From contig CACMQQ010000007.1 of the NCBI GenBank assembly GCA_902615915.1, positions 2,836 to 66,835 of the forward strand: a stretch of DNA of 64,000 nt, given 5' to 3'. Position 1 is the stretch's first letter; each line of letters begins with the position of its first letter. Below the pieces are notes generated by a model, which saw only the letters and a list, made by a program, of their open reading frames with translations, searched no databases and was not told the DNA's origin. This DNA comes from an uncultured Fidelibacterota bacterium (lineage in GTDB: Bacteria > Fidelibacterota > Marinisomatia > Marinisomatales > TCS55). Shown piece after piece: positions 48,040-54,769 of this stretch. The translations under genes were made by a program, and so were the position numbers.

Positions 48040-49158
48040 TTAATGTAGATCCATAATCTCCATAACTCCCGTCCCTTTATATATAGTACCATCGCTTAAT
48101 CTTAAATTAAAATTACTAGAAAAACGGGTATAATAAGGGTCAATGCCAAATGGAGAAAAAGATAATTTCATAGGCAAAGAAAGAAGGCCAGCACGCTCAA
48201 AAATATCAATATTTTCCAATAAGCTTTTTTTGCTTATCCGAACGTTGACATTATCGCTTGTGCCAATTGTAAATGTTGAGAATTGTGGTTCATTTTTTTT
48301 ATTGTACAGATCGGTTATTAAGTCGCTTTTCATAGTCATCAAAGTTTTATTACCAAATTCATTTACAATTTCGCCCTTCTCATCAGCTACATACAATATT
48401 GGCACATCAAACCCTCCGCGATTGTTGACAACATTTAACTCGGCTCCAATCACTGTATAAGGCCCAGCCTCTCCTCTGAACCAAGTCCAACCACTGAATA
48501 ATCTCCAAAGATACGTATTACCCCAGTTATGATCGTGATAGCCACTTCCTGAGGCTTGAAGATTGTCATTATAGTTTAGTGTGTAATTACCGGTTACTTT
48601 ACCATTGGGAACTGCTGCAAGCCATGCAAAATAATCATCACCAGCCTTTATAATTCCATCTTGTGGACGATAAGGAGGGATCGTTGAATTAAGATTCAAA
48701 TCAATTCCAAAACCTTCAAAATCTTCTGGATCTAAATAAACAGAATATTTGTTAAGATTGCCCCTGAAATAATTTTTACCAAATTGTACATTGCAGCTAT
48801 CAGTCGAAAATGAAACATCATTTTTTTTAAAGCGTTTTAGTTTAAATGTATCAACGCCATCTGGCGAGGTGTAATTAAACCCGATGAAGTACTGGTTAGT
48901 TATATTATGTACTTTGTAAAAGTAAGCAACAACAATACTGCTGTCTTCTAATTTAGCATCAATATACCACCACTCTACTGAGAATTCATCTTCGGGTATT
49001 CTAGCACCATCTTCCCAGCTAGATACATTTTTACCAAGCTTGTCAGGCTGAACATTCTCATCAAAGTAGGGTTGATTCCAAGAGCCGTGATAAAGCCTAG
49101 AGCACGATACAATAAACAAAAGAAAGGTATATAGAACAAACCGATGGCTAATTGTCAT
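48040..49158 (-). CDS. CrtC/AttH-like (carotenoid 1,2-hydratase family, lipocalin-like) lipoprotein
   Basis: It has a lipobox (FIVSC). VEWWYIDAKL and YHDHNWGN are the two landmark motifs of the CrtC/AttH family. Confidence 0.6.
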   Translation of the reverse strand: MTISHRFVLYTFLLFIVSCSRLYHGSWNQPYFDENVQPDKLGKNVSSWEDGARIPEDEFSVEWWYIDAKLEDSSIVVAYFYKVHNITNQYFIGFNYTSPDGVDTFKLKRFKKNDVSFSTDSCNVQFGKNYFRGNLNKYSVYLDPEDFEGFGIDLNLNSTIPPYRPQDGIIKAGDDYFAWLAAVPNGKVTGNYTLNYNDNLQASGSGYHDHNWGNTYLWRLFSGWTWFRGEAGPYTVIGAELNVVNNRGGFDVPILYVADEKGEIVNEFGNKTLMTMKSDLITDLYNKKNEPQFSTFTIGTSDNVNVRISKKSLLENIDIFERAGLLSLPMKLSFSPFGIDPYYTRFSSNFNLRLSDGTIYKGTGVMEIMDLH

Positions 49159-49162
49159 TTTT

Positions 49163-49495
49163 TTAATATGTCATGTAAAATATGTAGCCATTCATAACTA
49201 TTTGAGAAAGAGATGGCATAAACCATCTAGGTCCATTTTTCACACGCATGTGAGTACCAAAGGCTCCCAGCATAAGAATGACAAGACCAGCAGATGCTAA
49301 TAAAACTAATTCGTCATTGCCGCTAAAAAGCATCACAGCAAACGTTAACTTAAAAATTCCAATTAAATCTCTTAACCAATCAGGGTAATTATAATCTTGA
49401 AATTCTTTTCGAATATTATCCTGTCTTGGAACCCAGACATAAAATATTGATATGGGAACAAGTATTTTGAAAAAATCGAGCAATAAGTAATCCAT
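49163..49495 (-). CDS. DoxX-like small membrane protein
   Basis: 110 aa with 3-4 TM segments and a GAFGTH motif near the C-terminus, as in DoxX-like proteins. Confidence 0.45.
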   Translation of the reverse strand: MDYLLLDFFKILVPISIFYVWVPRQDNIRKEFQDYNYPDWLRDLIGIFKLTFAVMLFSGNDELVLLASAGLVILMLGAFGTHMRVKNGPRWFMPSLSQIVMNGYIFYMTY

Positions 49496-49503
49496 AGAAC
49501 CTC

Positions 49504-50016
49504 CTAGCTAATAGTTAAGGTACTCCCACTAAGAACTGCCTGATATTGCCTCAGGCTGCCTGTTGCTGGCCTTGAGACTGCTTTTCCATTCGTGTCAAAT
49601 CTTCCACCATGTCCGGAAGAGCAAACTGAGACACCTCCTGAAAATGCTCCTATTTCATATCCAGCATGAGTACATCGTCTAGTAAAAGCTAATATTTCAT
49701 TTTCAGATTTCCTATAAAGCAATAAACCAACACTATCTATTTTGTTACCGGATGTAACAATGGAGTTCCCAACAACTTTTAAATCGGAATAAGGCTGTTC
49801 ATCCAAATTGAATGATATTGAGTTTGAAGTATTGCCTCCGCCTGAACCACCTGATCCGTCAGAATCACTATCATTGTTGTCCTTATCATCGCTGATGCTG
49901 TCATAAGGGTCAACATTGTCTTCACAGCCTTGAATAGTTAATAATGCAGTAGGTATGGCACAGTATGCCAAGCATTTACAGGTTTTTGAAATAAATTCTC
50001 TTCTATCGGTTTTCAC
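49504..50016 (-). CDS. Tat-exported Rieske-type [2Fe-2S] domain protein, probable lipoprotein
   Basis: The twin-arginine signal is DRREFISK and a possible lipobox is IQGC. A D/S/G-rich linker follows. The cluster ligands are CTH...(14 aa)...CSSGH, and the second motif has CxxxH spacing instead of the canonical CxxH. Confidence 0.6.
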   Translation of the reverse strand: MKTDRREFISKTCKCLAYCAIPTALLTIQGCEDNVDPYDSISDDKDNNDSDSDGSGGSGGGNTSNSISFNLDEQPYSDLKVVGNSIVTSGNKIDSVGLLLYRKSENEILAFTRRCTHAGYEIGAFSGGVSVCSSGHGGRFDTNGKAVSRPATGSLRQYQAVLSGSTLTIS

Positions 50017-50098
50017 TTGACCTCCATGGTATTCTTATAATTGAAATTCTAGATTATAATACAATCAAAATACGCTCAAAACGCTCATTATTCAAGAA

Positions 50099-50767
50099 TT
50101 ATTTAAATGATTTTTTCCACTCGATTTGCCAAAACAATTCTTTGTTAATTTGGCTTTCTTCATAATTCATTTCTTGGTTGAAAAAACTAATAAAATTTAG
50201 TGGAGCATTATACTGCATTAACAAATTATTTTGATTGGACATCAAGGCTTTAGTAATGAGCTGGTCATCTAATTCTTCTATCTTGCAGTAAAAATCATAG
50301 AGACCATTTTTCTTTTTAATAAAATAAGCATTGAATCCGACTGTTGATCCATTGATGTTTAAAACTTTAAAATATTCTTCATAACGATATTTCCTGTAAG
50401 CAATATTTAAAACACGTTTTTTTAATTTTATGTAAAAACTATCATTTCTGTTAATAATGTTTTTATTTGGCAGTAAAATTCTCTTATGTTTTTTTATTAC
50501 AATCCAAGATGCTCTTTTTCTTTCTTCTAGTCTTGATAGAACCTTTGTGTCCTCATACAAAGTACCGACAGCATATTCTTCCCAAATACCTTCTATCGGA
50601 TCCAGATTTGATTTATTTCTCTCAAAATAATTAGCATAATCAAGAACAGATTTAGAGACATAGCTTTTATCTGTTTGTGCGTTTAGTGTAAAAAATAAAA
50701 AGCAACTTAATAAGATTCTTTCAAGCACGTTTTTTTTACAAGAAAATAGATAATTCACATTTCTCAT
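50099..50767 (-). CDS. hypothetical exported protein
   Basis: 222 aa with an N-terminal hydrophobic signal. It is Lys/Asn-rich and matches no recognisable family. Confidence 0.4.
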   Translation of the reverse strand: MRNVNYLFSCKKNVLERILLSCFLFFTLNAQTDKSYVSKSVLDYANYFERNKSNLDPIEGIWEEYAVGTLYEDTKVLSRLEERKRASWIVIKKHKRILLPNKNIINRNDSFYIKLKKRVLNIAYRKYRYEEYFKVLNINGSTVGFNAYFIKKKNGLYDFYCKIEELDDQLITKALMSNQNNLLMQYNAPLNFISFFNQEMNYEESQINKELFWQIEWKKSFK

Positions 50768-50809
50768 GGTGCATTATATTAATCCATTCTTAACTTGAAG
50801 TGAATATGT

Positions 50810-51036
50810 TTTTACATTTTCAGGGAAGTCTGTGAAAATCAGACACAGTACCCGCTACTGTAATCGCTAGAACTATTTTAATTATAGCCATTCATTCAAT
50901 TGGAGAAGGCCAAAATAGTTTGTAATGCGAAAGTCAGGATATCTGAATAGTGAAACTCATAAATACTAATAACTTTCGGGATAAAGGTTATATGATTCTA
51001 TATCAATAGCTTCCCTTTAATTTAAAGGAATACTTA
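50810..51036 (+). promoter_or_regulatory. cobalamin (B12) riboswitch with expression platform
   Basis: The conserved core reads CAGGGAAGTCTGTGAAAATCAGACACAGTACCCGCTACTGTAA. The B12-box region is AGCCATTCATTCAATTGGAGAAGGCC and the 3' element is AAGTCAGGATATCTGAA. Helix P1 pairs ttcag (50819-50823) with ctgaa (50943-50947). A 9-bp peripheral helix pairs aactatttt (50871-50879) with aaaatagtt (50912-50920). A small hairpin (ttccctttaatttaaaggaa) can occlude the AAAGGAA just upstream of the ATG at 51037. Confidence 0.8.
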
Positions 51037-52041
51037 ATGAAACGCTTTTATTTACTTTTAGCTTTTTTAATAATTAGCTGTGAGGACAACAACACCTCAA
51101 CTATTAATCAAGAACTCACCTTTATTTCTTCTGAAGGTAATTTTGGCACAAGCAATGCGAGCATCTCAGTATATAGAGGTGAGTCAGAAATACAAAAAAT
51201 TGAAGATATTGGAGATGTATTGCAATCGATTTTAGTCCACGGCAATAAGCTATTTGCTATTCTTAACAACAGTCATCTCATAAAAGTATATAGTATATCT
51301 GAAGAGGGGCTTGCCTTGCCTGGAATAGATATCCCCACAAATACTAGTAGCCCAAGAGAGATGGTAGTCGTTGGAAACTATCTATATTTTACTAATTGGA
51401 ATTCTCAAGATGTCAGGTATTTAAATCTTACGACATATAAAATTGACGGGTCGATAAAAGTTAATGGAATGCCAGAAGGGATAATCTCTGATCAAACAAA
51501 TCTATTTGTTGCTATCAATATGAATTCTGATTATAGCTCTGCCAGCACTGTAGTTAAAATCAACATAAGCTCTAGACAAATTACTAATGAATACAAAGTA
51601 GGCAAAGGTCCTCATGCGTTGGCGCTTGAAGGTGATAATTTGTGGGTAACCAACCGATACTATGATGATTCTTATCTAACCTACATTGGTACCAGCAAAA
51701 TTGATTTAACTACAAGCACTGTCACCATTAAAGATTATGGTAGAGGAGGTTCTGCATGCGCTGGGGATTTGTTTAATTTTAATAAGGCGTTGTACAGAAC
51801 ATTTGATGGTGGAGTCTCGCCTCTTAATATTGATGCCAGCATACTAACATCAGGCAAAATAGGTAATTATAATGATAACAAACTCTATTCATCCCATGCA
51901 AATTCAGAGCATATCTTTATTGGCCTGTCTGATTATGTTGCACCAGATACAGTGCTTGTTCACGATAAAAATGGAGCTTATGTTTATTCCCTTGTAACGG
52001 GAGCTTCTCCAGGGGATTATGCAAACTGGAGACCTGAATAA
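51037..52041 (+). CDS. YncE/YVTN-type beta-propeller surface lipoprotein (DUF5074-like), riboswitch-controlled
   Basis: The lipobox LIISC is followed by acidic EDNN. The N-terminal SSEGNFGTSNASISVY resembles the NEGNFG..N.S.S motif of DUF5074/YncE-like cell-surface proteins (from memory). Repeated propeller-blade patterns occur (LYFTNWNS..V..LNL, GKGPHALALEGDNLWVTN). Confidence 0.6.
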   Translation: MKRFYLLLAFLIISCEDNNTSTINQELTFISSEGNFGTSNASISVYRGESEIQKIEDIGDVLQSILVHGNKLFAILNNSHLIKVYSISEEGLALPGIDIPTNTSSPREMVVVGNYLYFTNWNSQDVRYLNLTTYKIDGSIKVNGMPEGIISDQTNLFVAINMNSDYSSASTVVKINISSRQITNEYKVGKGPHALALEGDNLWVTNRYYDDSYLTYIGTSKIDLTTSTVTIKDYGRGGSACAGDLFNFNKALYRTFDGGVSPLNIDASILTSGKIGNYNDNKLYSSHANSEHIFIGLSDYVAPDTVLVHDKNGAYVYSLVTGASPGDYANWRPE

Positions 52042-52065
52042 GTTTTAAATTTTAATCAATAAAAG

Positions 52066-52112
52066 TTCTACCCTAACTAAAATTTCTCTGTAATCTTTAG
52101 TTAGGGTAGAAA
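52066..52112. terminator. long inverted repeat between convergent genes (probable bidirectional terminator)
   Basis: ttctaccctaactaaa (52066-52081) is complementary to tttagttagggtagaa (52096-52111), giving a ~15-bp stem and a 14-nt loop. It lies 25 nt after the stop of the plus gene and abuts the stop of the minus gene. Confidence 0.5.
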
Positions 52113-52409
52113 TTATCTTCCGTAGAAAGCATCCAAAATAAGTGAATCTGGAAGGTCAAAAATTAAAGTCCAACCTTGTGAGTCGAATAAATAGACTTTA
52201 ATAACAAGTAATAATCTCAATAATATCATAGTCATTATGAGAATTACAATACAATCTTCAATGAAATCGTTTCTGTTTAATAAATTTTTCTTTGATCGAA
52301 AAAGAAAGCTATATAAAGCTGCAGCTAAAAAGAATAGGCCGGCTAATAAACCACCGTCAAAAAAGCCTAAAAAAAGTTGAGAGAATAGGTCGAATAAAAA
52401 ATATAACAT
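52113..52409 (-). CDS. hypothetical small membrane protein
   Basis: 98 aa with 2-3 hydrophobic helices and no recognisable motif. Confidence 0.35.
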   Translation of the reverse strand: MLYFLFDLFSQLFLGFFDGGLLAGLFFLAAALYSFLFRSKKNLLNRNDFIEDCIVILIMTMILLRLLLVIKVYLFDSQGWTLIFDLPDSLILDAFYGR

Positions 52410-52502
52410 AATTTCTAAATTTATTTAATTACTAAATTACAAAAATAATATGAGACCTTAATCAAATAAATTTTGTTGATATAAATTTAATTACCTTTGC
52501 AT

Positions 52503-52535
52503 AAAAAAATGGGTTAGTCAAGCTAACCCATTTTA
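52503..52535 (-). terminator. rho-independent terminator downstream of tRNA-fMet
   Basis: The hairpin pairs gggttag (52511-52517) with ctaaccc (52523-52529) and is extendable by A/T pairs. On the minus strand it is followed by a U-run (complement of aaaaaaa at 52503-52509). Confidence 0.7.
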
Positions 52536-52537
52536 AA

Positions 52538-52614
52538 TGGTAGCGGGGGAAGGATTCGAACCTCCGACCTCAGGGTTATGAGCCCTGCGAGCTACCAGAC
52601 TGCTCCACCCCGCG
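52538..52614 (-). tRNA. initiator tRNA-Met (anticodon CAT)
   Basis: The reverse complement reads CGCGGGGTGGAGCAGTCTGGTAGCTCGCAGGGCTCATAACCCTGAGGTCGGAGGTTCGAATCCTTCCCCCGCTACCA (77 nt). It has the three G-C pairs of the anticodon stem (GGG/CCC), a 1:72 mismatch (C:U) and an encoded CCA. It closely resembles E. coli tRNA-fMet. Confidence 0.93.
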
Positions 52615-52666
52615 TCACGAATAATCATTATACCAAAATTTACCAGAATAAAATTTTTCTAACAAT

Positions 52667-53980
52667 TCATTTTTTTCTAAATGATATCCTAAAAGGAATC
52701 CCTTTTAAATCGAAATCAGACCTTAAATTATTCTCTAAATATTTTCTATAGTTCAAAGGCACTAATTTTGGATAATTAGCATAAATAACAAACAAGTGTG
52801 GCTTTGTGCTTACTTGAGTAATATAATTTAGATTTATAACTTTTCCTTTTGTAGCAGGGGGGGCTTTCTGAGACAATGCTTTTTGAAGCGATTTGTTGAG
52901 ATCAGATGTCGATAGTTTTTTCTTAATTTTTCTTGATAAAAGTGATGCTTCTTTTAGTACGCCAGATATTCTTTTTTTTGTTAAAGCAGAAATAAATAAA
53001 ATTGGATAGTCACCTACAGTTTTGAATTGATAAATCATTTCATCTACAAATTCTTTCATAGTTTTTGTGGTTTTATTTATTAAATCCCATTTGTTAACAA
53101 TTACAATCAATCCTTTTCCTTTTAAAATTACATCATCAATAATGGACTTATCATGCTTTGTAAATCCTTTTTCTGCATCAATCAAGACCAAAGCCAGATC
53201 ACAGTTCAAGATTGCGTTTTGGGTTCTTACGGTACTATAAAATTCTATATTGTCTGAAATTTTGCTTTTTTTTCTCAGTCCTGCAGTATCAACCAGCGTT
53301 ATTTTTTTTCCATAATATCTAATATTACTATCGATAGCATCTCTAGTTGTACCTCCAATTGGAGTCACAATTGATTGATTGCGTTTCAATATTGCATTCA
53401 AAAGAGATGATTTTCCAACATTGGGCATGCCTGTTATAGCTAGTCTGAGCTCGCTATCATGGGCTTCTTTATCATCTTTTGAAGGTTTAGCATTTGATAG
53501 ATGAATTATTTCATCCAATAAATCACCTGTTAATCTACCGTTTAGCGCAGAAATTGGCATTACAGGTTTCAACCCTAATTCAAAAAAATTATTAATTTGA
53601 TGAGACAGTGATAAATCATCGCATTTATTCACTGCCATTAAATGTTTTTTACCAGACTTTCTAACAAAGTTTGCGAGTTCTATATCGGTTGAAACTGGTC
53701 CTGTTTTTCCATCAACAATAAAAAGGATAAAGTCTGCTTCATTAGCAGCTTCTTTTGCTTGATTTCTTATTTCGCGATTGAAAATATCTGAGTCTTTTGG
53801 GATAAAGCCTCCAGTATCAACAAATCTTAACTGATGACCTATCCAAAACATTTCACCATATATTCTGTCTCGTGTAATGCCTTCTTTTTCATGCACAATT
53901 GCTTTTCGCTGATTTAAAACCCTATTAAAAAAAGTTGATTTTCCAACATTGGGTCGTCCTATAATTGCAACTGTAAGCAT
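52667..53980 (-). CDS. der: ribosome-biogenesis GTPase Der (EngA)
   Basis: It has two tandem G domains (GRPNVGKST and GMPNVGKSS, each followed by DTGG/DTAG and NKCD/NKWD) plus a KH-like C-terminus. Confidence 0.93.
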   Translation of the reverse strand: MLTVAIIGRPNVGKSTFFNRVLNQRKAIVHEKEGITRDRIYGEMFWIGHQLRFVDTGGFIPKDSDIFNREIRNQAKEAANEADFILFIVDGKTGPVSTDIELANFVRKSGKKHLMAVNKCDDLSLSHQINNFFELGLKPVMPISALNGRLTGDLLDEIIHLSNAKPSKDDKEAHDSELRLAITGMPNVGKSSLLNAILKRNQSIVTPIGGTTRDAIDSNIRYYGKKITLVDTAGLRKKSKISDNIEFYSTVRTQNAILNCDLALVLIDAEKGFTKHDKSIIDDVILKGKGLIVIVNKWDLINKTTKTMKEFVDEMIYQFKTVGDYPILFISALTKKRISGVLKEASLLSRKIKKKLSTSDLNKSLQKALSQKAPPATKGKVINLNYITQVSTKPHLFVIYANYPKLVPLNYRKYLENNLRSDFDLKGIPFRISFRKK

Positions 53981-53991
53981 TGGTTTTTTCG

Positions 53992-54408
53992 CTAGAAATT
54001 TTTAAAGATCATTTCTTTATCTTTAAATGATTTGAATTCTAACGCATTGCCGCTAGGATCTTTGATAAAGAATGTTACTTGTTCGCCCGGCTTCCCTTTG
54101 AATCTAGTATGGGGTTCTATTAAAAAATCAACCTTTTCATTTTTTAAATGATCTACAAACTGATGCCATTTATTCCACTTCATTACAATACCAAAATGTT
54201 GCACAGGAACCTTTTTACCATCTACAATATTCAAGGAGTTTTCTAAATCCATTGATTTATCAAGATGAGCTACAATTTGATGTCCAAATAAGTTAAAATC
54301 TATCCACTCATCACTGCTTCTACCCACTTTGCAAAGTAGGGTATTTGTGTAAAATTTTTTCGCTAATGAAAGATCATGTACTGGAAATGCTAAATGAAAA
54401 GGTTGCAT
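53992..54408 (-). CDS. VOC (glyoxalase/bleomycin-resistance/dioxygenase) family protein
   Basis: 138 aa. The N-terminal FHLAFPVHDL and later HFGIV...DPSGNALEF fit the VOC fold. Confidence 0.7.
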   Translation of the reverse strand: MQPFHLAFPVHDLSLAKKFYTNTLLCKVGRSSDEWIDFNLFGHQIVAHLDKSMDLENSLNIVDGKKVPVQHFGIVMKWNKWHQFVDHLKNEKVDFLIEPHTRFKGKPGEQVTFFIKDPSGNALEFKSFKDKEMIFKNF

Positions 54409-54577
54409 TGTTTTGCCTTAGGCCAATTATGTATTATTTTTTCTAAATTAAATTATTGCATTCAACATTCAAATTTAATATTTCAAATTTTTAATTAATA
54501 ATTATTTAATTGTGTTTAATCGGCTTAGGATTTATAAATAATCAATTTAATTTGATATTTAAGTGAGTTAAAATCAA

Positions 54578-54597
54578 TGTGGATAAATTGTGGATAA
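54578..54597. promoter_or_regulatory. two tandem perfect DnaA boxes
   Basis: TGTGGATAA occurs at 54578-54586 and again at 54589-54597. It is the reverse complement of the consensus TTATCCACA. The boxes are 11 bp start-to-start and 173 bp upstream of the nrdJ ATG, inside the 361-bp AT-rich intergenic region. Confidence 0.6.
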
Positions 54598-54769
54598 CTT
54601 CAATCATAAAAAATTTATCGTCGACAAAACGATTATATTGACTTTTCTACTTGATGGATTTTTTCAATGTTTATATATTTCCAAGCGCCAACCATAACAT
54701 TTATCACTTTTTCATTTGTTAGTTAAAACTTTTTTACAACCACATACCAAAACGTAAGGAATTAAGGCG

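Noticed and set aside
52410-52502. A Bacteroidota-type promoter (TAnnTTTG -7 element) for the small membrane-protein gene, seen as TATTTTTG on the minus strand.
   Set aside because: The motif is short and expected frequently by chance in DNA this AT-rich. There is no supporting -33 element or conservation evidence.
54409-54769. The 361-bp AT-rich spacer with two perfect DnaA boxes could be the chromosomal origin (oriC).
   Set aside because: Genes on both sides far beyond nrdJ are on the minus strand, including the highly expressed rplM-rpsI-rpsB-tsf-pyrH-frr block at 57.2-60.8 kb. There is therefore no leading-strand switch here. I saw only two boxes and no dnaA/dnaN neighbour. Regulation of nrdJ is the simpler reading, but GC skew was not computed.
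54409-54769. A cobalamin riboswitch or NrdR boxes in the nrdJ leader.
   Set aside because: I found no GCCACTG-type B12 box, no GGGAA...CCCGC core and no pair of 16-bp NrdR palindromes in this spacer. Only weak A/T-rich partial matches are present.
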